A DNA stretch of 64,000 nt, from assembly GCA_045628865.1 (NCBI GenBank), contig JAZQQB010000009.1, forward strand, positions 1-64,000. The letters run 5' to 3'. This document shows, piece by piece, positions 22,781 to 33,200 of this stretch. Numbering within the stretch: position 1 is the first letter of the stretch; every line of letters begins with the position of its first letter. The DNA is from Lachnospiraceae bacterium (lineage in GTDB: Bacteria; Bacillota; Clostridia; Lachnospirales; Lachnospiraceae). The notes below the pieces were generated by a model. The model saw only the letters and a list, made by a program, of their open reading frames with translations, did not search any database and was not told the DNA's origin. Position numbers and translations under genes: made by a program.

Positions 22781-25015
22781 ATGAAGAACAAACTTATCAA
22801 ACGAATCGGTAGAATAGCTACCGCAGTAACACTTGCTGTTACAATGTGTATTCCAAGCGGGTCGAATACCATTAAAGTACAGGCAGCAAGCGACGTAGTA
22901 GTGGATCTTTCCACAGAGTATCAGACAATGCAGGGTATTGGTGGTATGAACCATCCGGTATGGATTTCAGACCTGACTGCATCACAGAGACAGACAGCAT
23001 TCGGTAACGGTGCGAATCAGCTTGGATTTAGTATTTTACGAATCCATATTGATGAGAACAAAAATAACTGGTCAAAAGAGTTAGCAACTGCTCAGGCTGC
23101 AGTGAAAAATGGGGCAATTGTATTTGCTTCTCCATGGAATCCACCAGCGAGTATGTGTGAGAAATTTACACGTAATGGAAAACCTAATCAGCAGAGATTA
23201 AAATACTCTTCTTATGGCGCGTATGCTGATTATTTAAATGAATTCGTTGATTACATGAAGAAAAATGGTGTTGAACTGTATGCGATTTCAATTCAGAACG
23301 AGCCAGACTATGCAGATACCTGGACATGGTGGACACCACAGGAAATGCTGAACTTTATGGAAAATTATGCAGGTAAGATTAACTGTAGAGTCATTGCACC
23401 TGAATCATTCCAGTATTTAAAGAATATGTCAGATCCAATTTTAAAGAGCTCAAAAGCCCTTGCTAATATGGATATTTTAGGAACACATTTCTATGGAACA
23501 CAGGTTAGCAATATGAGTTATCCATTATTCCAGCAGAAAGGTGCAGGAAAAGAATTGTGGATGACAGAAGTATATGTTCCAGATTCAACAACAAATGCAG
23601 ATGTATGGCCTAATGCTTTACAGGTATCCGTTAACATGAACAACGCATTTGCAGTTGGTAACATGCAGACCTATGTATGGTGGTACATTAGAAGAAGCTA
23701 TGGACCAATGAAAGAAGATGGTACAATCAGTAAACGTGGTTACTGTATGGCACAGTATTCGAAATTCATTCGCCGTGGTTATAAACGTGTAGGATGTACA
23801 ATGAGTCCAGCAAGCAAGGTATATGTATCGGCATATAAGGGCGATGGAAAGGTTGTTATTGTAGCAACAAATGATAGCGATTCAACATATAGCCAGAAGT
23901 TTACTGTAACAAACGGAACTATTTCAAAAGTCGATCGTTATAGAACATCTGCTTCAGAAAATCTTGCATTGACTTCTAACTTGGATCTTACAGGTAATGG
24001 TTTCTGGGCTAGTCTTCCAGCAAGAAGTGTTTCTACATTCGTTTGTGATCTTTCTAATGGAAGTGTAACTCCAAGTAACCCAACACAGCCAAGTAACCCA
24101 CAGCCATCAAATCCAGAACCAAGTAACCCACAGCCATCAAATCCAACAGCCCAGGCAGGACAGATTGCTGATGGATACTACTACATCAAAGGTGTAGGCT
24201 CACAGAAATACTTATCAGTAAGTGGAAATACAGGTAAAAATGTTCAGAACGTTGTAATCAGCACAGGAACAGGTGTAGACGGTCAGGTTTGGAAAGTAAC
24301 AAATACAGGAAACGGCTACTTCACATTAACAAGTAAATTAGGAAGCTTTAACCTTGATATTGGAAATGGTTCGGCTGATAATGGTGCGAATGTTCAGATC
24401 TATCAATCACATGGTGGAGAAGCTCAGCAGTTTATGGTGAAAACAACTAGCCAAAGCGGAGCATATCAGATCTGCACAAGATGTTCAGGAGCAGAGAAGG
24501 TTCTTGATGTAGAGGGTAAAAAGACAGATGATGGTACAAATGTATGTCAGTATATTTCAAATGGACAGACAAACCAGATGTGGATTTTTGAGCCTGTAAA
24601 TAATCAGCCAAGTCAGTCAACACAGCCAAGTAATCCAGCACAACCAAGTGAACCAAGTCAGCCAACACAGCCAAGCGAACCAAGTCAGCCATCTAATCCT
24701 TCAACAGCAGAAGGTTTACCAGCTGGAGTAAGTTGTGAATATACTGTAATTGGTGATTGGGGCGGAAGCTACCAGGCACAGATTGTGTTAACAAACAATT
24801 CAGCAGCAACATTAAACAACTGGAAATTGGCATTTGAATATGGCAATAAGATTACCAATCTTTGGGGGGCAGAGCTTTCAGGACAGACAGGTAGTTCTGT
24901 TTTGGTTTCAGCACCAAGCTGGGATCCAAACTTAGCTCCAGGAAAATCAGTAACAATCCAGTTTATTGCATCTGGAAACAGTTCAGTAGCACCATCTGGA
25001 TATTCATTAAAATAA
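22781..25015 (+). CDS. secreted multimodular GH30-family xylanase (glucuronoxylanase XynC-like) with CBM13 (ricin-B) and CBM2 modules separated by Pro/Ser/Gln-rich linkers
   Basis: signal peptide; GH30-like catalytic region (ELWMTEVY); QxW-type ricin-B repeats (QVWKV, QQFMV, QMWIF); C-terminal CBM2-like Trp pattern. Confidence 0.65.
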   Translation: MKNKLIKRIGRIATAVTLAVTMCIPSGSNTIKVQAASDVVVDLSTEYQTMQGIGGMNHPVWISDLTASQRQTAFGNGANQLGFSILRIHIDENKNNWSKELATAQAAVKNGAIVFASPWNPPASMCEKFTRNGKPNQQRLKYSSYGAYADYLNEFVDYMKKNGVELYAISIQNEPDYADTWTWWTPQEMLNFMENYAGKINCRVIAPESFQYLKNMSDPILKSSKALANMDILGTHFYGTQVSNMSYPLFQQKGAGKELWMTEVYVPDSTTNADVWPNALQVSVNMNNAFAVGNMQTYVWWYIRRSYGPMKEDGTISKRGYCMAQYSKFIRRGYKRVGCTMSPASKVYVSAYKGDGKVVIVATNDSDSTYSQKFTVTNGTISKVDRYRTSASENLALTSNLDLTGNGFWASLPARSVSTFVCDLSNGSVTPSNPTQPSNPQPSNPEPSNPQPSNPTAQAGQIADGYYYIKGVGSQKYLSVSGNTGKNVQNVVISTGTGVDGQVWKVTNTGNGYFTLTSKLGSFNLDIGNGSADNGANVQIYQSHGGEAQQFMVKTTSQSGAYQICTRCSGAEKVLDVEGKKTDDGTNVCQYISNGQTNQMWIFEPVNNQPSQSTQPSNPAQPSEPSQPTQPSEPSQPSNPSTAEGLPAGVSCEYTVIGDWGGSYQAQIVLTNNSAATLNNWKLAFEYGNKITNLWGAELSGQTGSSVLVSAPSWDPNLAPGKSVTIQFIASGNSSVAPSGYSLK
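24071..24150 (+). repeat. in-frame ~30-bp tandem repeats encoding PSNPQPSNP linker
   Basis: aagtaacccacagccatcaaatcca repeated. Confidence 0.6.
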
Positions 25016-25036
25016 ATAAAATCAAAATATGAATTT

Positions 25037-25077
25037 AAACACACTGTATTTATTGGTGAAATACAGTGTGTTTTTTG
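25037..25077 (+). terminator. rho-independent terminator after GH30 gene
   Basis: aaacacactgtattt/aatacagtgtgttt stem plus T-run. Confidence 0.65.
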
Positions 25078-25206
25078 CATAATGGGATAGATACAATATA
25101 ATGCAAACTTGTGACAAAATAGCCTAAAATATTGAAATAATCTGACAACTAAAATAAAATATACATGTGATTGATACTATATTGACTATTTAGAAAGGTG
25201 GTTAAA

Positions 25207-26568
25207 ATGGGACTTTTTAATTCAGATAATCCAAAGGAAGCAAATCATTCGGGTATATTAGGCGCGTTTTCAGTAGATACGATTAAATGGGAGCCAGATA
25301 CAACGAATATAATTGCGCATAGATATGAATATGAGGATTTTCCTAATGGGTCTTATCTACATGTGGCAGATTCGCAAATGGCTATTTTTACGAATAACAT
25401 AACAGCAGGGAATTCGCTTGAATCGAATGGAATGGGACAGTCACAAGTCTCTATTTTTGTAGGCCCTTGTAAAATTAAATTAGAAACAGGGGATTCCCGT
25501 TTTGCACCTTTTAGAAACATCTCTCATTCACTAACTGGTGGAGAATCTGCTTTTCATAGCGTTGTGTACTTTATTAACAATACATATTTGAATGATTTGC
25601 CATGGGGAACACAGTCACCATTTCTAATTGTTGATCCAGTGGAACAGGTAAATGTTCATGTACGTGCACAGGGATTTTATGGAATTCATTTAGAACAATT
25701 AGATTCAAGTGTTGCTCAAGTGCAAGCAAGAGAATTTATTAAAAAGGTAGTTGGAACACAAAGGGATTTTACAAAAGATGAGTTAAATAAGTTTTTAAGA
25801 CAGCAGATTTTATCAAATGTACCAGCGATTGTTCATGGAAAGATGAAATCAGATCAATTGAGCATTCTTGATATCACTTCTTATCTTGGTGATTTGTCAA
25901 AATTGGTATTTGATAGATTAATCGAAGTGTTTAAAAACTTTGGTATCGTTTTAGATAGCTTTTCATTTACTAGCATTTCGGTACCAGACGAAGATATAGA
26001 AGCAATCAATGAAGAAAAAATTAAAGCGAAACAGGCACAATTCAAGGCTCAGCAAATGGATATAGAATCAGAGGCATTGGCTCGAAAACGTCAAAGAGAA
26101 GGATATACGTATCAGCAAGAACAAGCTTTTTCAGTTTTGGGAGCTGCTGCATCTAACGAAGGAAATTCATCAGGAATGATGGGAGCAGGAATGGGATTAG
26201 GAATGGGTTTTGGACTCGGTGGAACATTCGGGGCAGGAATGGGTCAATTAGCACAAGCTACCATGTCAAATGTGAATATGACGGCACCTCAACTAGGAAA
26301 CACAAATGCAGCGGCAGAAAATACGGAAGGTAAAAAGTGTAGCAATTGTGGTGCTATGATTCCGAAATCAAGCAAGTTTTGCCCAGAATGTGGGGAGAAG
26401 AGCTCGACAGAAAAGAAGTGTCCAAGTTGCGGAGTGAGTGTTGGTGAAAATTGTAAGTTTTGTTCAGAATGTGGATTTAAATTTGAAGCGAAATTTATTT
26501 GTCCATCGTGTGGAATAGAATTTGCACCAGGAAGTAAATTCTGTCCAGAGTGTGGCACACGTATTTAA
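25207..26568 (+). CDS. SPFH/Band-7 superfamily protein (COG4260/YdjI-like) with Gly/Met-rich linker and C-terminal array of four CxxC...CxxC zinc ribbons
   Basis: N-terminal region resembles YdjI-type SPFH proteins; C-terminus CSNCG...CPECG, CPSCG...CSECG, CPSCG...CPECG. Confidence 0.55.
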   Translation: MGLFNSDNPKEANHSGILGAFSVDTIKWEPDTTNIIAHRYEYEDFPNGSYLHVADSQMAIFTNNITAGNSLESNGMGQSQVSIFVGPCKIKLETGDSRFAPFRNISHSLTGGESAFHSVVYFINNTYLNDLPWGTQSPFLIVDPVEQVNVHVRAQGFYGIHLEQLDSSVAQVQAREFIKKVVGTQRDFTKDELNKFLRQQILSNVPAIVHGKMKSDQLSILDITSYLGDLSKLVFDRLIEVFKNFGIVLDSFSFTSISVPDEDIEAINEEKIKAKQAQFKAQQMDIESEALARKRQREGYTYQQEQAFSVLGAAASNEGNSSGMMGAGMGLGMGFGLGGTFGAGMGQLAQATMSNVNMTAPQLGNTNAAAENTEGKKCSNCGAMIPKSSKFCPECGEKSSTEKKCPSCGVSVGENCKFCSECGFKFEAKFICPSCGIEFAPGSKFCPECGTRI

Positions 26569-26579
26569 GGAGGATAGAA

Positions 26580-27269
26580 ATGAGAAATCTGAAAAAAGGA
26601 ATAATAATAGAACTAATGGTATTGGTTACTTGGATCATTTCTATGATTCTTCTAGTTGATTTTGATAAAGTATCAACATTTTTTTGGATAGAAGGTGCTT
26701 TTGTTTTATTGGCCTATTTAATTGTGATAGTAACAAATCTAGTTGTACCGAATGGAAATGAAGGAACCTGTGAAGTAAATGCTATTCCGTTTATTATTTC
26801 CATAATTTATCTGATATCACAGATTATTACAAACTCTATAGCAATGCTTATTTTTCCAGGTAAGAAAAATAAACTAATAATCATTATGGATTGTATTGTA
26901 ATAGTAGTGTATGTTACTGCATTAATGTTTGCTGTCCAGTATGCAAAACGTTTGAACAAGCAGATTGAGAAGGTTAACCATAAGACAACACCAACAGTAA
27001 ATTATGTAGCACAGATAGGAGTTATGCTGTCTGCAACAAAAGATGCAGAAATCAAAGAGGAATTATTGAGCTTAAAGAAAAATGTTGAATATGGATCTAA
27101 TATGAGTCAAAAACAGACACAAGAGATTGAAGGAACATTTTTATCGCAACTAACATATATTCAACAGTTGATAAATCAAAATCAAGGAAAAGAAGACATA
27201 ATCGCTGCAATAAAAGAAGCGAATGCAATTTGGATGCAAAGAAGTAGCATTTCATCAGCGATTAGATAG
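26580..27269 (+). CDS. membrane protein, 4 predicted TM helices + cytoplasmic helical tail
   Basis: GGAGGA RBS; hydrophobic segments; 12-bp gap to upstream gene. Confidence 0.5.
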   Translation: MRNLKKGIIIELMVLVTWIISMILLVDFDKVSTFFWIEGAFVLLAYLIVIVTNLVVPNGNEGTCEVNAIPFIISIIYLISQIITNSIAMLIFPGKKNKLIIIMDCIVIVVYVTALMFAVQYAKRLNKQIEKVNHKTTPTVNYVAQIGVMLSATKDAEIKEELLSLKKNVEYGSNMSQKQTQEIEGTFLSQLTYIQQLINQNQGKEDIIAAIKEANAIWMQRSSISSAIR

Positions 27270-27279
27270 AGAGGCAAAA

Positions 27280-28086
27280 ATGGAAATAGAAGGTATTGTA
27301 TGTGATGGATGTGGAAGTGCATATATTGAGTTTAATCCAAGGAATAGAACAGTTTTATGCAATCAATGTGGAAAACTATCAACATATGCTAGATCTACAC
27401 TGAATAAAAACGGGAAAATCTGCTTTCAAAGAGAAAATGCAATAAAGCAGTTTTCTTCAGGAAAAATGGATGAAGCACAATCCTATGCACATGAAGTTTT
27501 GAACATTTTTGTTGATAATGCACCTGCATTATTTATCATGTCATACTACGATGAATTTATAAATAAAAGAATCGGAAGCATGAAGAAATTTTTTGAGGAA
27601 ATACAAAGTGCAGCGCTTGAATATGATGAGGTAATGGAACTAGAGTCTTTGTTTTTAGCGGCTGCTTACAATATGACTGATTATGAAGCAGAAATTATCA
27701 AACTAATTTGTGCGAATATGCAGGCTGAGCAGGATAAAAAATCTTTATGTGATTTTTTTGATACATTGTGTCCATATATGATTTCCAAAAGAACATCAAT
27801 GAATTTCTTTGATGATGAACGGGTAGGAATGTATAAAGATTTAGCGGGTCATTGTGGTATTCCTAAAACATGTTTTGCTTTATTAAAGGCGATAGAAGCG
27901 AATCCAGATTCTCCATATGTGGGCAACAGTTTTTACTTAGAAACAAAGGCTAGATATTTTTACGATAAATTTGTTATTCCAGTTGGTGAAGTGGTACAAG
28001 CAATCAATAACATGGAATTCAGAGAAAAATTCATTATGGTATATAAACAGAAGAGAGAAAAATACAAAATAGATGCAAAGTTATAA
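27280..28086 (+). CDS. N-terminal zinc-ribbon protein with alpha-helical C-terminal domain
   Basis: CDGCG...CNQCG ribbon at N-terminus; no TM. Confidence 0.5.
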   Translation: MEIEGIVCDGCGSAYIEFNPRNRTVLCNQCGKLSTYARSTLNKNGKICFQRENAIKQFSSGKMDEAQSYAHEVLNIFVDNAPALFIMSYYDEFINKRIGSMKKFFEEIQSAALEYDEVMELESLFLAAAYNMTDYEAEIIKLICANMQAEQDKKSLCDFFDTLCPYMISKRTSMNFFDDERVGMYKDLAGHCGIPKTCFALLKAIEANPDSPYVGNSFYLETKARYFYDKFVIPVGEVVQAINNMEFREKFIMVYKQKREKYKIDAKL

Positions 28087-28120
28087 GATTACATAAGGCA
28101 AAAGCTTGAAAGGAGAAAAG

Positions 28121-29779
28121 ATGGCAGATTATGTGAATCTAACCCCGGTCATAAACGAGGTGAAGCAGGTACAAAGAAAGGTTGATCAATTATCTGCAGT
28201 TACAGCAGCTATAGGAACAGAGGTGGCTGCTGTGAATAATGCGGTAGCAATGGTTGACAGGGAAGTAAAAGAATTATCTGAACAATTTCTTAAAATGATG
28301 AGTGAACAACAGAGATTAGCGAATTTGCAACAAGCTCAGACGGAAATTATTCGTATCAGACAAGAAATTGAGAATAAGTTTTCAAATTATAGAATTGTTA
28401 GAGAAAATATGATAGGTGTGCTTCAGGCTACGGATCTTGCGTTAGTAAAACAATCAACAATTTCGAGAGTTTCAGAGGAGTTGATGCTTGCAACACCAGA
28501 TTATTGGTTAGCCCCTTGTCTAGTAGCAATATCAGCCTGGATAGGAAATGATAAGGATTTGGCTGAAAGAGCAATCAAAGAAGCTATGCGTAGAGACAAG
28601 GAAAGAACCGCATTGACAATGGCACTAGTTTGTAGAAGAAATCAACGTACAGCAACGTGCTATGAGTGGCTCCAGATATATTTTGATACACAAAGAGGCG
28701 ACTGTTTTTCAGAAGGTACATTTACTTATGTAGATGCATATTTGAATGGTATTTTTGGCCCGGATGAAAATCACATGTGTGATGATTACATAACAAAATG
28801 GATGAATGAAGTTCAAAAGGGAGAAAACTTTGCAGAACAGCAGGCGGCGGTTTGGAAAGAGTATTATACTTCTTATCAGGTAAATATGTCTTCAAATTAT
28901 CCAGATTTAATGTCTAATGTGACAGAATTTCCACAGATTAATAATTTTATTGGTAGAATTACTTCAATCAATACAATTCAGAATGATATCGGAAGCATTA
29001 CATCTGCTGACATTGACTTTGATAAATTGACAAAAGATATTGATTCTCATTTAATGACTCTTGTATGTAGATATAATACAAATGAAGAACCTTTAAGAAA
29101 AGAGGAAGAGCTTAATCAAGAAATTATCAATTTTGATGGAGATAGAGAAAAAGCAAAGGCAGTTGTTAAATTGCGAGAAATTGAACGTAAAGAGAAGACA
29201 TTGAATTTAGTGGAGCAGATGACAAAAGTTATTACATCAGATCAAAATTCATCTCAATCAGAAAAGAAGACTGCTATTTCATTTTTGAGTGGATATATGA
29301 GAAAAGGTTTTGAAGAGTATATTTCTGAAAATAGACCAATGTTTCCACAAGGGATTACAATTAATATAGATGGATGGGCAGGAACAACGGTTGATGGAAC
29401 AAATGCTCAACAGCTTTATTACGAATATGAACAGCATATGAATATGGCTAGAACACAGGCAATCAACAATGCTTCAAATAAGAAACCTACTATTTTTATG
29501 GCGGGTGGAATTGCAGCAATGGTAATCGGACTGATTTTATGTTTATGTGGTGTTGCAATTTTAGGTGTTCCTGCAATGATTGGTGGAGTAGTATGTTTTG
29601 TTAAGATGACACAATGTAAAAAGAATTTGCAAAACGAAATTGGAATGCTTAATCAGCAATTCACACAGCAAATCGAAATGGGAAGGCAAAAACTTGCTGC
29701 CATATTAGGACAATGGCAAAATGCGAGGGAAATGGCTAATTGGTATGATCAGAATCCTAGACCAGAGATTATTGCATAG
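28121..29779 (+). CDS. large coiled-coil protein with C-terminal double TM anchor (553 aa), unknown function
   Basis: N-terminal heptad-rich region, central Cys/Trp-containing domain, TM pair near C-terminus followed by short coiled coil. Confidence 0.5.
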   Translation: MADYVNLTPVINEVKQVQRKVDQLSAVTAAIGTEVAAVNNAVAMVDREVKELSEQFLKMMSEQQRLANLQQAQTEIIRIRQEIENKFSNYRIVRENMIGVLQATDLALVKQSTISRVSEELMLATPDYWLAPCLVAISAWIGNDKDLAERAIKEAMRRDKERTALTMALVCRRNQRTATCYEWLQIYFDTQRGDCFSEGTFTYVDAYLNGIFGPDENHMCDDYITKWMNEVQKGENFAEQQAAVWKEYYTSYQVNMSSNYPDLMSNVTEFPQINNFIGRITSINTIQNDIGSITSADIDFDKLTKDIDSHLMTLVCRYNTNEEPLRKEEELNQEIINFDGDREKAKAVVKLREIERKEKTLNLVEQMTKVITSDQNSSQSEKKTAISFLSGYMRKGFEEYISENRPMFPQGITINIDGWAGTTVDGTNAQQLYYEYEQHMNMARTQAINNASNKKPTIFMAGGIAAMVIGLILCLCGVAILGVPAMIGGVVCFVKMTQCKKNLQNEIGMLNQQFTQQIEMGRQKLAAILGQWQNAREMANWYDQNPRPEIIA

Positions 29780-29800
29780 TTTTTAGTGGAGGTACTTAAC

Positions 29801-29965
29801 ATGGATATGAATGATATGGAATTAGATTTAGCAGCAATGTTTGATGTGACAGAAGAAGAAAATGACAAAATGAGCAAAATGGAGAGCGTAGTATTAACTC
29901 AAAACCTTGAGGGATTTGCAAGTTGTTTTCCAGATTGGGATTTGCATCCTCCAGTTATTAGATAA
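29801..29965 (+). CDS. small acidic protein (54 aa), not in supplied ORF track
   Basis: ATG 29801 preceded by GGAGG at -8; MDMNDMELDLAAMFDVTEEENDKMSKMESVVLTQNLEGFASCFPDWDLHPPVIR. Confidence 0.3.
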   Translation: MDMNDMELDLAAMFDVTEEENDKMSKMESVVLTQNLEGFASCFPDWDLHPPVIR

Positions 29966-29974
29966 AAACCATCT

Positions 29975-30003
29975 TGACAGAAGAATTATAATGGATTTAT
30001 AAT
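29975..30003 (+). promoter_or_regulatory. sigma-A promoter TTGACA-N17-TATAAT for ileS leader
   Basis: consensus -35 and -10 with 17-nt spacer. Confidence 0.55.
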
Positions 30004-30009
30004 ACATTA

Positions 30010-30275
30010 TTGAATCGAATAAGAAAGACGTTGACGAAGACAGTACGTCATATGTGAAGCCTCAGAGAGTCGGAAATGGTGTGAACCGATGCAAGTAGCG
30101 TATGAAAGAAAATCACTTCTGAGTTGCATTCCCAAAAGTAATCGAGTAGGGAATGACGGAATCCTCCGTTATTGGAAACCATATAAAACCGCAATGCGGG
30201 GAGTATGATGTAATAGGTGGTATAACGAGTTTATTTTGACCTCGTCCTTTTACAGGACGGGGTCTTTTTATTTCA
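30010..30275 (+). ncRNA. T-box riboswitch leader (Ile specifier AUC) with terminator
   Basis: CAGAGAG stem-I motif, AAUCAC specifier region, GGUGGUA T-box-like element, terminator gacctcgtcc/ggacggggtc + T-run directly upstream of ileS. Confidence 0.6.
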
Positions 30276-30290
30276 AAAGGAGATGAGAGT

Positions 30291-33200
30291 ATGTATAACA
30301 AAGTTGATACGAATATGAATTTCGTAGAACGTGAAAAACAGACAGTGAATTTCTGGAAAGAAAATGATATTTTTCAGAAATCTATGGATAGCCGTAAAGA
30401 GGGTCCTACCTATACATTTTATGATGGACCACCTACAGCCAATGGTAAACCACATATCGGACACGTATTAACACGTGTAATCAAGGATATGATTCCTAGA
30501 TACCGTACAATGAAAGGTTACATGGTACCAAGAAAAGCAGGATGGGATACACATGGTCTTCCTGTTGAATTGGAAGTTGAGAAATTATTGGGCTTAAATG
30601 GTAAAGAACAGATTGAAGAATATGGTATGGAACCATTTATCAAACAGTGTAAAGAATCTGTTTGGAAATACAAAGGTATGTGGGAAGACTTCTCAGGTAC
30701 TGTAGGTTTCTGGGCTGATATGGATAATCCATATGTAACATATGATGATAACTTTATCGAGTCTGAATGGTGGGCATTAAAGGAAATCTGGAACAAGGGT
30801 TTACTTTACAAAGGATTTAAAATTGTACCTTACTGCCCACGTTGTGGAACTCCTTTATCAACAGCAGAGGTTTCTCAGGGATATAAGACTGTAAAAGAAC
30901 GTTCTGCAGTAGTTCGTTTCAAATGTATTGGAGAAGATGCTTACTTTTTAGCATGGACAACCACTCCATGGACATTACCTTCAAACGTTGCACTTTGTGT
31001 AAATCCAGATGATACATATGTAAAAGTAAAGGCTGCTGATGGATATACTTATTACATGGCAGAAGCTTTACTTGATAAAGTACTTGGTAAACTTGGTTCA
31101 GAAGAAACAAAAGCTTATGAAGTATTAGAAACATACAAGGGTAAAGATTTAGAATATAGAGAATACGAGCCATTATTTGCATGTGCTGGTGATGCAGCTG
31201 CAAAGCAGGGCAAGAAAGCTCATTTTGTAACATGTGATTCCTATGTTACTATGTCAGATGGTACTGGTATCGTTCATATCGCACCTGCATTTGGTGAAGA
31301 TGATGCCAATGTTGGTCGTAAATATGATCTTCCATTTGTTCAGTTTGTAAATGGTAAGGGTGAATTAACAGAGGATACACCTTACGCTGGTTTATTTGTA
31401 AAGAAAGCAGATCCAGAAGTGATCAAAGATCTTGATGCAGAAGGTAAATTGTTTGATGCACCTAAGTTTGAACATGAATATCCTCATTGCTGGAGATGTG
31501 ATACTCCACTGATTTACTATGCAAGAGAGTCATGGTATATCAAGGAAACTGCAGTAAGAGATGATTTGATCCGTAATAACAACACAGTTAACTGGATCCC
31601 AGAATCAATTGGTAAAGGACGTTTCGGTAACTGGCTTGAAAATATCCAGGATTGGGCTATTTCACGTAACCGTTATTGGGGTACTCCATTAAATATCTGG
31701 GAGTGTGAAGGTTGTGGACACCAGGATTGTATTGGTGGACGTGAAGACTTAAAGGAAAAGAGTGGCAATGAGGCTGCACTTACTGTAGAACTTCACAGAC
31801 CATATATTGATGAAATCACATGTAAGTGTCCGGAATGTGGTGGCACAATGAAGAGAGTTCCAGAAGTACTTGACTGCTGGTTTGACTCAGGCGCAATGCC
31901 TTTTGCACAGCATCACTATCCATTTGAAAATAAGGAAGTATTTGAGGCTCAGTTCCCAGCTCAGTTTATTTCAGAAGCTGTTGACCAGACTCGTGGATGG
32001 TTCCATTCATTGATGGCAGAATCTACTTTATTATTTAATAAAGCTCCATACGAGAATGTTATTGTACTTGGACATGTTCAGGATGAGAACGGTCAGAAGA
32101 TGAGTAAGTCTAAGGGTAATGCAGTAGATCCATTTGATGCATTAGAAACTTATGGTGCAGATGCTATCCGTTGGTATTTCTATATTAACTCAGCTCCATG
32201 GTTGCCTAACAGATTCCATGGAAAGGCAGTTCAGGAAGGTCAGCGTAAGTTCATGGGTACATTATGGAATACATATGCGTTCTTTGTACTCTATGCAAAT
32301 ATCGATAACTTTGATGCAACGAAATATTCATTAGATTATGATAAATTATCTGTTATGGATAAATGGTTACTTTCTAAGTTAAATTCAGTGGTTGGTGAAG
32401 TAGATGGTCATTTAGAAAACTATCGTATCCCAGAAGCTGCAAGAGCATTGGATAACTTCGTAGATGAAATGAGCAACTGGTATGTAAGACGTGGTCGTGA
32501 GCGTTTTTGGGCTAAGGGAATGGAACAGGATAAGATCAATGCGTACATGACTCTTTATACAGCATTGGTTACTATTTCTAAGGCAGCAGCTCCTATGATC
32601 CCATTTATGACCGAAGAAATCTATCAGAATTTGGTAAGAAGCTTAGACCAGTCAGCTCCAGAATCAATTCACTTATGTGATTATCCAACAGTTGATGAGA
32701 AACTCATCGATAAGACTTTGGAAGAGAACATGGAACATGTATTAAAAGCTGTTGTTATGGGTCGTGCTTGTAGAAATACAGCAAATATCAAGAATCGTCA
32801 GCCAATCGGGAACATGTTTATCAAAGCACCATTTACATTAGATGACTTTTTCAAAGAGATCATTGAAGAAGAATTAAATGTAAAGAATGTTACCTTTACA
32901 GATGATGTTCGCGATTTCACTTCTTATACATTCAAGCCACAGCTCCGTACTGTTGGACCTAAATATGGTAAACAGTTAGGAGGCATCCAGAAGACTTTAG
33001 GATCTATTGATGGAAATGCAGCAATGGATGAATTGAAAACAAATGGCGCTATCAAGTTTATGGTAGGCGATGTAGAAGTAGCTTTAGCAGAAGAAGATTT
33101 ACTGATTGATGTAGCTCAGAAGGAAGGCTATGTTACAGAGGCTGATAATGTTGCTACAGTAGTTTTGGATACAAACTTAACTGAAGACTTATTAGAAGAG

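Noticed and set aside
26289-26558. Minus-strand 89-aa ORF with repeated PHSGQNLL motifs
   Set aside because: Antisense reflection of the repeated CPECG zinc-ribbon codons of the SPFH gene.
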